Assembly: GCA_040954595.2 (NCBI GenBank)
Contig: CM082579.2
Coordinates: 4,019,227-4,083,226 of the forward strand
Source of the DNA: Balanoglossus misakiensis
Lineage: Eukaryota; Animalia; Hemichordata
Direction of reading: 5' to 3'
Length of the DNA: 64,000 bases
Under the pieces are notes generated by a model, which was not told where the DNA came from, ran no database searches, and saw nothing but the letters and a program-made list of their open reading frames with translations. Positions 1 through 13,300 of the stretch are shown here, piece by piece. The number at the start of each line of letters is the position of its first letter. Position 1 is the first letter of the stretch. The translations under genes were made by a program, and so were the position numbers.

Positions 1-1362
1 GTCATAGTTCTCTGTGACATTGGGCGGAACCGGTTCAAATTCCCACATCGGCTTGGCGATGGAGTCACTGTCTGATGCCGAGTTGGACGGTGGCATGGGC
101 GCCAGGGAGGGCTGCTGGCTGACTGGTTGGCCCTGGTAGGCGTTCTGGTCATCGTCGTAGTTCCTGTCGCAGTCCAAATTGTTGAGAGAGTTATGGTTGC
201 TGGGGGTGTATGAGGCCGGCCTTTGTGGTATGTCTGGCGGTACAGGTTGGTAGTTGATGTCCAGATTGGAGAGCTTGCTGTCCCGTTTGTAGGAGTCGCC
301 GGTGCGATTATCCACCCTCTTCAGCATCATGGAGTTGGCGTCGCAATCGTTGTTCTTGTTGGGGACTCGCTTGGTCTTCTTCATGCGCCTCCTCCTCCTT
401 CTCCTTCGTCTGCACATGACGAAGAAGATGACGAGGACTATGATCAACACCAGCACGCCGGCGCCGATGACGATTTCGATCCACGTGATGCCGATGCCGT
501 TCGACGTGATGTTGTGCGAGTCGGCGTTCTTGCTGATGACGTTGCACTCTGGTCCGGGGTTTTCACTGTCGTTGCAGTCGCAGGAGTAGCCGCCAATGGT
601 GTTGGTGCACGGCCCGGTATCGCACGGGTTATCAGCGCACTCGTCAATGTCGTCTGCACACAGCCAACCGGTGAACCCTTCGGGGCACTCACAGGCCGGT
701 CCGTTATCATCCTCCATGCAGGTGCCACCGTTTTCGCACGGGTTGTTCGCGCAATAGTTGGTACACGTCTTCCCAACAAAGCCATCCGGGCACACGCACT
801 TGAAGTCGGTGTCCAAGTCAATGCACTCCCCGCCGTTTCTGCACGGGCTCGGTCCGCACGGTGTCGTGCTCTGGCACATATTGCCGTACCACCCCGGAGC
901 ACACTTGCAGACAAAGCTGCTCTGCCTATTATAACAGGTACCGCCGTGAGCACATGGGTTGCTCAGACAGGCACTTCGCAAGCTGTAATCGCAGTCCGCG
1001 GTGTCTTTGGTGGTGACGCCGTCTCCCGATGTGGGCAGTCTCTCATTGTTCAACACCAGATCACTCATGCAACCTTCAAGTCCGTTGGTCAGACTCAGTC
1101 CGGTGAGCGGGTCCCTCTTACTGCGCCTGGCGGCGGAAATCTCAGCACCAAAGAAGATGTTATCCAAGTTGAGTTCTCTCTTGTCACCCGGTGCATCCGC
1201 GCTGCTTGTGTACTGGTTGTCCAGGGTGATTTTGGCATTGTTTCCTCTGCGGTGTACTGTCACGTCGTGCCACATACCGTCGTCGATCGTCTGGGTGCCG
1301 ATCTGCACTCTCCCTTCCCCACTGCCGCACTGGAACCGGTACTGGATGAAGCCGTTTTCAAT
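1..1362 (-). CDS. FAT1: Fat coding exon 25 (partial, at least 1,362 nt; not in ORF track): rest of LamG, 4 EGF, TM helix, start of cytoplasmic tail
   Basis: ctgcag|[15 protein letters not shown]...DDGMWHDV...LEGCMSDL; EGF repeats ([12 protein letters not shown]; Ca-binding type [10 protein letters not shown]); [22 protein letters not shown] at about 415-474; open without a stop to base 1. Confidence 0.94.
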   Translation of the reverse strand, partial: MENGFIQYRFQCGSGEGRVQIGTQTIDDGMWHDVTVHRRGNNAKITLDNQYTSSADAPGDKRELNLDNIFFGAEISAARRSKRDPLTGLSLTNGLEGCMSDLVLNNERLPTSGDGVTTKDTADCDYSLRSACLSNPCAHGGTCYNRQSSFVCKCAPGWYGNMCQSTTPCGPSPCRNGGECIDLDTDFKCVCPDGFVGKTCTNYCANNPCENGGTCMEDDNGPACECPEGFTGWLCADDIDECADNPCDTGPCTNTIGGYSCDCNDSENPGPECNVISKNADSHNITSNGIGITWIEIVIGAGVLVLIIVLVIFFVMCRRRRRRRRRMKKTKRVPNKNNDCDANSMMLKRVDNRTGDSYKRDSKLSNLDINYQPVPPDIPQRPASYTPSNHNSLNNLDCDRNYDDDQNAYQGQPVSQQPSLAPMPPSNSASDSDSIAKPMWEFEPVPPNVTENYD

Positions 1363-4300
1363 CTGCAGGCGTACACGGAAATTCATTTTGTCATCAACAG
1401 GGTGGCAATTTGGATGTATGTATATGTTGTGATCAACATACAAAGATCAAGTTAAGCATATAATTGGGGTTTTTATTCCACAACTTACCTCTAGGATACT
1501 GTAGTCATAGTCACCCTCTCCAAACATGATGTTGCCGTTGGGTTTTACGGTGCGTATTTTAGCTGATAGGAGTGTGGAGGTGGTGTCTAAAGCCAGGTTG
1601 CTGTAGTGTAGATAACTTGAACCAGAGAAGCTGACTGGTTTGTATTTAGGATCTGTAGTCAATGAAAAAAACAATAAGTTAAAAAGAGTTAAGACTGTGC
1701 ATACCTCTGTGGTCACTGTATACAGTCACAAAATTTTGTTTTAACTGCTTTCTGGTAACTTCCATCCTATCAACCCATACATAACTAGACACACATAACA
1801 AGAAGAAGGAGATACAGGAACAAGAAAAGCAAGGCAAGAACATTGACTTTGGAAGCTTACCGACACAGTCTTCATCCACAGAGTTGACTGCGCAGGCACA
1901 TCGGTGACTTGCACCTTCCGGAATGCAAGTCATGTGATTCAGACAGGGGTTAGGCTCGCATGGGTTGAAGAAGTCGGGTTCCTGAGTGGGCAGATCCTCG
2001 CAATCCTCAGCTGGAAAGAGAGACAGCGATGGATTAGTCTGTGTTGTTTCCACTTATGCCATTATGAGGATGATCTATTTAAGTTTCTACAACTTTAAAT
2101 TTATCATAGCCAGAACATACAAGGTAATGATATCTGGGTTATGTCTTTGTTAATTTGGGTATGTGCCAGATGGACACTTATGTGTGGTACAGTACAGTAG
2201 AGTACAGTACCGCACAGTACAGTACAGTAAACGTGATATGGTGAATGGTAATGAATCGCTACATACTTTTCTCTTTGCAGACACAGCTGTGGCTTCTGAT
2301 GTGTTTCGCCGACACAAAGCTGGTTCTGGTTGAACTGACGGCGGAGATACTGGACTGGTCAAGCTGCAGGTTATCTCGGCAGCGTGCTGTCTTCTCACAC
2401 AGGCTGTCGGTGCAAATCGAGTAGAACACCTTGGAAACCGTCACGCCCATTCTCTCGTCCAGAGACGCGAGGCTCTCGTTGATCTTGCGGCCCAACGGCT
2501 TGGGTTTCAAGTACGAGTCGGGTGACTTCTCCACGGCGAACAGCACGTCCAGGTCCCCGCTGTTGAAGTCCGTCTCTTGCAGACTGATCATCTTGATGTC
2601 GTCCAACTCCACCGACTGCAGCATGTTCTTCATGGTACGGGCGAAGATGCGGTAGTAGCCCTCCAGGAACACCTCGGGACTGATGTCGTTGAAGCGTATG
2701 GTGAGGCTGTTGTCAAGCGTGGCGCGGGTCACCATCTCTACATTCACGCGGACTTCTCCGTAGGATGTGTACTTGCTGTCCGAGACGCTGATGTTGATGA
2801 CGTAGAAGCCCACGTCAAGGTCCGGCAGGGCGATGATCTTCCCGTTGTCTTTGTCCACCATGAACAGATGCTTGTCGTTGGATGCCAAGTCGTACTTGAG
2901 GACGTCGTATTCGTCGTTGTCCTCGGCGTGTATCTTGCCGATGACACCGCCCGGGAAATCGTCTTGGAACGAGTTGATTGTGACCTCCATGGGGCTGGAG
3001 ACGATGGGCGGGTGCTTGGAGACGATGACCCTCACGTCGACAAATGCCTCCGACCACAGGGCGGGCGTGCCGCTGTCGGTGGCGCGTACTCTCAGTTGGT
3101 AGTTGTCCTTCTGTCCCTGGTTGAAGCGGATCATGGGCCGCAGCTTCATGTCTCGGCTGATGCGGAATTCATTGCCCTCGTTGCCCTCGACGATCTCCAT
3201 GGTGAACGGCGATCCGTTGGGTTGCGCGTCAGCGTCGGTCACAAAGAACTCTAACAGCTCTGTGTTTATCTCTGTGTCCTCCTGTGAATTCACAACATAA
3301 ACACCACTTCAGTGAAACACAGATGAGACTATGAGCATGACAAGAACTGGGGTTAGACATAAGCATTGTCTTAACCCTTTTACCCCATTTCCTTGTGTAA
3401 CAGTCCAACTTTACCATAGAAAACAATAGATTTGGACCAAACCATAGTAGGAATAGGTAAAACCCCAAGAGTTGACATGATGAAGAGTCCACTCACCTGT
3501 GTATTAACTGTATAGTTGGCCGACGAGAACATTGGTGGATTGTCGTTGATGTCAGACACTCGTATCTGCACAGTGACTACAGTGGACCGCTGTAATTCAA
3601 TGCCATGATCACTGGCGCTCACTTCCAAGGTGTACGCTGATATCTGTAGTTACAAAATCACAAACATGGCACAGTTTACATTTTTGACTTCATTACTGTA
3701 TCATTTTCATGGAGTGCAGAATATGTCTTGAGCATGCAGTTGTTGTGGGACTTTAAAGAAATGAATTTTCTTGGCATCAGGCTCTTTGTCTCTACAAGAC
3801 AATTTGCTCACCTTCTCTCTGTCCAATTCTGATGTGATACTGAGTAGACCAGTCTCTTCATCAATGCGGAACTGATCCAATCTGTCACCATGCATTATGG
3901 CATAGACAACATCGCCGTTGTGCCCGCTGTCAAGATCAGTGGCCATCACCTATTGGTGGGAGAGAAGAAAATAGGCATGGATAGTTTAGACAGTAGCCAT
4001 TCACAAGAAAGCTGTAAAGGTCATATTGTTGAATGTAGCATCACAGACAGCCTCAAACTCTGTGTGAAACAAATACAAGACATCAGTACCATGTAAATGT
4101 TTACTGATTTGTTCTTACCTGCAGAACGCTGTCCCCGGCCTGAGCAGCCTCTGTGATCACGGTGCTGTACATCTGCTGGTTGAAGACCGGGGAGTTGTCG
4201 TTGGCGTCCGTGACGTTGATGCTGACCGTGGTCAGGTCGTGCTGTGGCTGGTCACCGCCGTCCACAGCCTGCACTGTCAGGTAGTAATCTGTGGCCATCT

Positions 4301-7300
4301 CAAAGTCCAGGTAATCAACGACTGTGATCGTGCCTGTGAGGAAGTCAGAGAGGAAGGGTTATCAGCGATTCACTTATTCATATTCCAGTTATCCAATGTG
4401 TTGTTCAAGATGTCAATGTACTGACATTACTTCAAAGTTGACATGTTATTTCAATTTCTTTACAGAGTTCACACAATCTTCCTACATCAACACTAACCTG
4501 TCATAGGATCGATGCGGAATTTCCCGTGTTCGTTACCACCAGTAATCCTGTACGTGATTTCTGCATTGACACCGATATCTCTGCTCGTAGCCAGCACAGT
4601 GACGACGCTTTGGCCGACTGAAACGTCCTCAGACACGGACGCTTGGTAGTCGCGGTACTCGAACTCCGGAGGATTGTCATCCTCGTCCAGGACGAAGATC
4701 TCCATGTACGCCACCGAGCTGAGCTTGGGAGTGCCACTGTCCGTGGCTCTGACGGTCAGATTGTAGAAGTCCTGTACTTCTCGGTCGAGCTCCTGCGTGA
4801 GGCTGGTGATTCCGGAGTCCTTGTCGATGGAGAATGTGCCTTGGGCCGAATCGACGAAGGAATATTTCACCTGGCGATTCATTCCTGGAATTGCAAAATT
4901 CAGGGGGGAAAAAACAATGGTATGAGTTTTTTTGAAATGTGTACTCCAACAGCAAACAAGTCCATTGCTGTTCACACATTTCAGTTGAAGATGAAATTTA
5001 CATGTTCACACCCACTTTGACTCAGGTGAAAGACGTCACTCCTGAAAACAACATTACCTGTATCGGGGTCCGTTGCAAGCACCCTGGTCAGCAGTGACTT
5101 GACAGCCGTCTTCTCTGAAAACCACTCTCTGTATACCACGTGCGTGAACTGTGGCGGGTTGTCGTTGATGTCACTCAGGCTGATAGAAATCTCCGTTGAA
5201 CAGGACCGGCCTCCTCCATCTGTAGCCGTCACATGCAGACTGTACACAGGGTGTAGCTCTCGGTCAAGGGGTGATGATGTGGTCAAAACACCTTTAAAAC
5301 ACGACAAAAAATTAAATAAACTACTTTTCTAAACTGTACAGCAGACCTATCTACATCAGAAAAGTGGATATTCAACTACAAATCAGCAACCCATTTCACC
5401 TCTTCCATAATCACATTTTTGTTCAACCGTACTTCTCTCAGTGGAATGGTTGGAATCTGGAAGAAGAGACCAGGATATTGTCCACTCACCTGTTTTGGCA
5501 TTCATGGCAAAAGCACTGGCCTGGTTGCCTTCAATGGCGTAGGTGATCTCAGCATTTCTGCCGGCATCATAGTCCACAGCCTTGACAGTGACCACATAGG
5601 TGCCGACCGGGACACTCTCTGATATCAGTTCTGAATACAGTGCCTGAAAGTGATAAGCAAGTGTTTCTGTGAGAAATCATTTTCCTCACAAGGAGTTCCA
5701 TGTCAATCAGCCAACCAATCAACCATCAATCAAGCTAAGCTGCTTCTCCATCTTGTGTGCGTGTTTATCACAATCTCAATGGACCAATGCCCACTTAGTG
5801 CTGGGTAAAACCACACAACAGGAAGCCAGTCAGACAGTGTATACTTTCAGATTACAGTGGTTGATCACCCTCAACAGCCGGATATACAATAATGTCTATT
5901 AAACAATTGTTTTACTTGGCTGAAGCCGGGACTTGAGGACTGCTGAGTGCAAAAGGATTTAAACCATGCCTTCATGTTGACTGACACCAACACTTAACAC
6001 TTCTATCAAGACACTCACCTGTTGGCAGATTGGGCTGTTATCGTTTGCGTCCATGATGTCAACAACCAGCAGGGCTACGTCCATGAAGGCGCCATCAGTG
6101 GCAGTCACGTTCAGCATGTAGGTCTCTTTGAGTTCCCTGTCGACCGGTCTCAGCACGGTGACCTGTCCAGTGGCTCGGTCCACGAAAAAGTGGCCCAGCG
6201 CGTCGCCGCCGGTGATGTAGTACATGATGACCGCATTGGAGCCCACGTCGGCGTCGGTGGCAAACACGGTCGCCACCTCGCTGCCGACCTCGGCTTCCTC
6301 GCTGATCTGCGCCGTGTACGTTCGGTGTTCGAACACCGGTGGTGAATCGTTGAAGTCTGACACCTCCACCTGCACGACCGTCATCGCCGACAGCGGATTT
6401 CTCTCGTTGCTGTCTGTAGCAGTCACGCCAAACATGTACTTAGCCGTGGTCTCTCTGTCGAGCTCTCCCAGCAGGGATATCCAGCCGGTTTCCGGATCAA
6501 TGGCGAATATCTCCGACACGTCACCGATGTTCGTGTTCAGCGAGTACGTGATCTTGCTGTTGGAAGACGAATCGCTGTCGGTGGCATACACCTGGATTAT
6601 CCTGGCGTCCAACTGCGCATTCTCCGGTAGAGTGACCACATAGGGGTTGGCCTCAAACTTCGGCGCGTTGTCGTTAGCATCTTTCAACTGGATGGTGACA
6701 TCGGTGAACGCGGACAGAGCTGGCGTTGTCTCGGTTTCGGCGCACACGGTCAGTTTGTGCCAGCGCACAGTTTCGTAATCCAGCTGCCCGCTGACGACGA
6801 CCACGCCTTGCTGGTTGATAGTGAACTTGACCGGATTGTTGGTCTTGGGCTCGTTTCCGGCGACGATACTGTAGACCACCGAATGGTTGCTCTGCGCCGT
6901 GATGGCAGCAATCTCGCTGCCAACTCTGATGTCTTCAAACACGTGGTAGACATAGCTGGTTTCTTCAAAGACCGGAGGGTACTCGTCTGGTTCCAGGACA
7001 TAGACTTCCACCGGTACGTTGCTGCGCAGCGGCAGATCGCCGTTATCCTCTGCTTGGACGAAAAACTGGAACACTGTGCCTTCTGTGGAGAAATAACCAT
7101 GAGTACACATTTTCAGTTTTTGACAAAAGAAAGTGGCAAAATCAGCAGCAATCATGAAAGATCTTGCCCCATACAAATGCAAAAGAGAATCATGATGCCA
7201 ACATCCTCACCTTTATCAGTCATGGGTACCAACGTGGAAATAACTCCTGTGTCAGGATCGACGGTGAAGACATCCAGTATATCGGAATCTTCATCATAGA

Positions 7301-10300
7301 TGGAATATGTGATATCCGCATTGGATCCCACATCGCTGTCCACAGCTATAACCTGCACAATGTAACAGAGAGAAAAAACATACATTACATTTATCTTGTA
7401 AATATCCATGTAGAAATGCAGTCTGTGTTAACATGCTACCATATATGGTGGCCATGCTCCAAAAGTTATAAAAGTTGCAATAGAATAAAATGTCTGAGAA
7501 TCAGCTTAAAATAAAAGCAAACAAGATAACTCATGCTTACAGTTATGACAGCAGTTCCAGCTGGTATGTTAGCCCGCACATTGGTCTTATATTCAGCCAC
7601 TTCAAACAATGGGGCATTGTCGTTGATATCGGTCAACGCAACTATGACTTCCGAATAGGCCACTTTGCCACCGCCGTCTGTAGCCATGAGTGGTATGACC
7701 ATGGTCCTGTCCATCACGACTTCATGGTCCATTAGCCTGTTGCTGAAAATCTGGCCTGCAATAACACAACGTGTTGACATGGAGCATTAACGATCGGAAA
7801 CGGTCATGCTGACGTGATCTCTCAATAGACATTATGCCCTGCAGGTCGTTTTTGGTGTCTTTTCCTCGTTTCTGAATTCTTTTCAGGGCAGCCACAATGA
7901 ATGAATCTAAATGAAGAGGTGTGTTGTTTGTGTTTTTTTAAACGTTGGTTGGGTAAACACAAAGATCTACCCTGACCGAAATGTAATCACTGACAGAGCA
8001 TAGAAAATAATCAACCACCAACACTGGTGTGTGCTACACATATTAATAAAGTTGAGGAACTAGATTTTCCATCCTGAAGACATCAAATACTCCCAACATC
8101 TTGAATGTATTCAAATTTTCCCCCAAATTCTCACGTAACTAACTCCATGATGGACTGCAGTTGGACGTCTGGAGTTGAGGATGCAGTTTGAAGGATGCCC
8201 ACTGCAGCCACCCCAATTCTGCATGAAGCAGTATCAGAATCCCAGCGCAAACTGACAACTCACCTGAGTCTGGGTCGATGGTGAACCTCTCCTGAGCATC
8301 CTCGCTCACGATCTTGTACGTGACTTTCCCGTAGACGCCCTCGTCGTCATCCCTTGCCAGTACCGTCAGAACATGGGTGCCAGGCAGCAGGTTTTCCTGG
8401 CGTGCCGCGCTGTAAGATGTCGAGCTGAACACCGGCGCGTGGTGGTTTGTGGTGGTCACCCGGATGGCCACACTGGCCGAGCTGGTGAAAACGCCGTCGG
8501 AAACCGACACGTCCAGTGTGTATTCGCCCCTGATGTTTGGTGTGCGGGTGCTGGTCAGGCTGATTATACCTGCAAATCAATGAACACACATACATGAATA
8601 TTTCACCCAAAATGCTACATGATGAATGTTAATTAATGGTGATGATTATTCGCTATATGAGTCAACTTGACAGGACCACCAAGGCAACAGCAAACCACTG
8701 AAAATCATCACATATCTTCCACAGTCATTACTCATTCCTTCTACAGCTGACAGTGATTTAGCACAAAAAAAAAGAACTTCATTTCAGCCAAAGGGGCACA
8801 GTCATGAACTTTGACCATGGGGGAAAAACACAGCCTTTTAAAAGTAAATTCTCAATCCAAATACACAAACTGACATATATGCCCCCACCACCAAACATGC
8901 ACAATGGCGATACAATAAATAAAACATTCCAAGAGAGGTCTCCATCAGAGCCATGTAACCACACACTAAGATGCCGACCTTGTATTTCTGACATCTTGTA
9001 TTTGCTCTCCTTGCTAACCAGTTTGTGTAACGGAAATACCACCACCGATGATCAATATTTATTTTTACTTTATAGAGTTTGTTAGAGATAAAGATCTTAC
9101 TAACTAAACTAACCAGGCTTGCCAATAAACAAAGTTAACCTTGCTGCCGGTTGATGACACCTTTCTATTTCTATCGTTCTGATTTTTTCATTTTGGCAAA
9201 TGGACACAGGAATAAAAAGTGGGAGCTTTTCACCTGTGCTGCTGTCGATGACAAAGTTCATTTCCTCGTTTCCTGACACGATGGAATACACCAGTCGGTT
9301 AGCATCACTGCTGTCCGGATCGGTCGCGGTCACCATGGTGACAAAGCTGCCCCTCTCGGCCAGCTCGCTGACGCTGCACTCGTAGGCGCTCTGTTCGAAC
9401 GCCGGCGGGTTGTCGTTGAGGTCGGTGACGGTGACGCTGAGGCGGGTCTCGCTGGTCAGCGCCGGCATGCCCTCGTCGATGGCGATGACTTTGAAGTCGT
9501 GGTGGTCGTGCACCTCGTGGTCCAGCGGCCGGGAGGTGAGGATGAGCCCGCTGGACGAGTCGATGTGGAAGTACTCGGTGATGTCCGACTCCTCGGCGAA
9601 GTGGTAGGACACGGCGCGGTTCCGGCCCGAGTCGTAGTCGCTGCTGCTGACCAGCGTGACGCGGGTGCCCACGGGGACAGACTCCGACAACGTGATGTGG
9701 TAGGACTGCTCGGTGAAGATCGGCGCGATGTCGTTGACATCCTCCACGTCGATGACCAGCACAACTTCGCCGTATGATCCGGTCAGGGTGTCCGACGCAC
9801 GTACAGTCAGACTGAACTGCTGTTGGGTTTCATAGTCCATGGGCCCAACAACTGACACAACACCTACAGACGAGAAAAATGAGGTCATTAGCAGCAGCAG
9901 ATTTCAACTAAAAACACGACTATAAATTGGTTTTGTACATTAGTGAAAATGCCACAGCTTTTTAAGAGACACTGAAAACCATTTGTGCAAATAAATCAGT
10001 TCAGTAACCCACTTTTCCCCCATACTCACTAGCATCAATCATTTTTATTTGCCAAGTATTGATTTCAAACAAACCTTGACTACACATAACAACTCAATCT
10101 ATTGAGATGCTATTTCCTGACCAATTTTCAAATCACTGATTTATGTTTGATGTAAATGGTGAAGAGCGGGCAGGGGCAGAGTAAATTGGCAAGGAATTCT
10201 CTACAGATATGACCTGTGCATATGAGTCTCATATTTATCATTTTCAAGGGCATATAATTTTATGGTACTTCATCCAGTCTCTGTCCTTCAGCACAGATGT

Positions 10301-13300
10301 TGGCCTTCAAGCCTTTTCAATAAAAAACAAGATTACACCGAGTGCCTATAGAGATAGCCAAAGATGGACTGAAGTTCTACATCTTCATACCAAAACTTTA
10401 TGCCGACTTTTAAATAATCTGGTTTAATTTTAAAGAGGGCTTGAATACTGAGGACTATGCCATGTCTTGAAACCTACCAGTGTTATGATCAATGGCAAAC
10501 TGATTGAAGGTATCTCCGTCGGTGATACTATAAATCAGCTTCCTTCCGTCGGAGCTGTTGGCTTGGATGTGTATGACCTGCGTGTACAGCTGGATACTCT
10601 CCTTGATGCTGGACGTGTAGAAGGCTCTCTGGAACACCGGCATGGCTTTGTTCATGACCGAGATCGGGACCTGCACTTCGGCAGTCAGCTTTGGAGTTCC
10701 TGGGGTAGATTAGGGAGGGGGGAGAGCATGGTGTGAGTACTTTTGGTTGACAAATAACTATCATAGATGGGTTTTGTCACCAGTGATGTTGCATCACTAT
10801 TCATCTCGGACTGGGACACATCAAAGTTTACCTGACAGTCATCATTGAACATGACGAAGTTGCGGACATACTACAGCTGCAGTACTCACACACACTATCA
10901 CTGTTCACTTCCAACAGGTGCACTCACCTTTGTCAGAGGCCAAGATTTTCAGAGTAAACTCCTGGTTCTGGATGTTGGAATCCAGCTCCCTGATGACAGT
11001 AATTTCGCCGGTCTGGCTGTTGATGTCGAAATGTCCTTCGCCGCCATCCACCAGAACATATCTGACTTCGCTGTTCTTCTCAACGTCTCTGTCAATAGCA
11101 GTCACCTGAATGGAAAGGTACAGCATTGAAGTGTTTGAGTCTGCATAGTTATTGACACTTCAAGCAAATCAACAGAGTTCTTACTGGACATAAACTTACA
11201 AAGATCACACAGGTTTCTCCACACATTTAACCCTTGAATGAGCTAATAAAGTAAACTTACCTTTCTAACGATGTCACCAACTGAAGCATCGACTTGTACC
11301 ACAGCGAAGTAGGGTAGATTTACGAACATTGGGGGATTGTCATTGATGTCCAGGACTTCCACACGCACGATGACATGCGCTACCCGCGGCTCCTCACGCA
11401 AGTCACGCACTTCCACCACTATTTCGTACAGCTCCTGCACCTCTCTGTCAAAGGGGATACCTGTCGTCTTGAGGACGCCCGAAGTCGACCCGATTTCAAA
11501 CAGAGGGAGGGGGTTCAGAATGCGGTACATCAGAGGCTCGTTGAGGCTGTTGCCGAGGGCGTTCACCACGGCGATGGTCTTCACCTGGGTGTGGTTTTCC
11601 ACGACGACGGCGTAGTAGGCGTCTTCCGAGAAGAGCAGGCCAGACTCCCTGGTCTGGCGTACGTCTATCTTCACTTTGGTCGTGGAATGGAAGTGACCAT
11701 CGGACACTCGGACTTGGAGCCTGTACTGGTCTTCCAGTCCACTTGAATTGATGACCCTAATCACTCCAGTCTCGGGCTCCATATGAAATTTGCCCTCCGG
11801 ATCGCCTGTTACCAGGGAATACTGCAACTGGGAATTGACTCCGGTGTCCGGGTCCTCCGCTACCACCTGGGCGGCGGCCACGCCTTTGTACGTCGGCAAG
11901 AGCAGCGTCGCCGAGAATTCCGACTCGGTGAACATCGGCGGGGAGTCGTTGATGTCCATGATGTGAATGAGCACCTTGGCCGCCTTCTCCGCCTGCAGCT
12001 TGGGCTGGCCCATGTCGGTCACACGGACGGAGAAGTGAAACTGCGACATCTGCTCGTGGTCGAGCGGCTGCTCCGTGCGGATGGCGCCGGTGTTGGCGTC
12101 GATGGTGAAGTACTGCCGGGCGCTGCTCTCGATGATCTCATAGATGAGGAAGGCGTTCATTTCAATGTCGTCGTCCGTGGCGCTGATCACCAAGGGCCGG
12201 TTGTTCTGGTCCAGCACCACGCTGCCCAGTTGGGCCCCCTCGCTGATGTTGCCAATGTACTGCGATTGGACGAAGACGGGCGGGTTGTCATTCCTGTCGT
12301 TGACATGGACGATGACAGAGACCCTGGTCATCAGACCGACCATGTTAGTGGCCTGCACGGTCAGGTTGTAGTACATGATGTTCTCATAGTCCAGCTTAAC
12401 CTTCGTCGAGATGACACCAGAGTGCGCGTTCATCTCGAAGTGTGCGTACTCGTTACCCGCCAGGATTTCGTAGTACACCGACGACAAACTGATGGCGTTC
12501 AGCTGGATCACAAAGCTTCCCGGATCCATGTTCTCGTAGATGTTGGTGTTGTACTCGGACGACTCGAACTTGGGCGGTGCATTGTTGGATATCGTCACGG
12601 TGATGTCCACTTTGGTGGTGTTGCTGAGCGGAGGGTTTCCATGGTCTGTTACCCGGACGACCATCGAGTACTCCGGCTGGCTCTCCCGGTCCAGCTCCTT
12701 GGCGACTGATATGATGCCAAGTTTGGGATCGATGTCAAATGTGTCGTCAAGGTTACCTACAAGATACATTTAAAATAAAAAACACCAGCGATTATTGAGA
12801 GTGCAAACACATGATTCGGAAAAGCTTTCAGTGACTTGCTCCATCACTGTTGGTGCACTTACAAAAATCAAATACAAACCACAGAAACATCAAAACTTAG
12901 AACAGAAAATTGTTTTTCTTCTCCAAACAAACAACAAAAAAATCAAAAACAATATTTATTGGTGACTGCGAATTTATCAACAAAACAAGTTCTTATTACC
13001 AAAACTCTCACAGACAAATTGCCGGCAAACTAAATAAAATTGGAAACATATTACAAAAACATTTTTTCATAGAAATGATAAAAAAAAATTCAAAAAATCT
13101 GTGCAAATTATGCAGTGCGAGTTCTCTTGATCAGTTTACCAACACACGATAGCAAGCCACAAAAGCACATGCACGAATCATTGGGGACAGAGACGACAGA
13201 CATAACTGGAATTGAAAAAGTGACCAAACCTCGACGGCGGATAGCTCCTTTCACTGCGGAATTGAATGACGAGATCACAAATTGAGTCATTTACAATCAG

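Noticed and set aside
223-1455. 410-aa plus-strand ORF
   Set aside because: It is the antisense shadow of Fat exon 25 in codon register, a result of biased codon usage. The minus frame encodes clear LamG/EGF/TM domains.
11783-12709. 308-aa plus-strand ORF (likewise 2577..3254, 6757..7299, 43587..44126 and others)
   Set aside because: These are antisense shadows largely overlapping GC3-rich cadherin exons, with no independent protein features.
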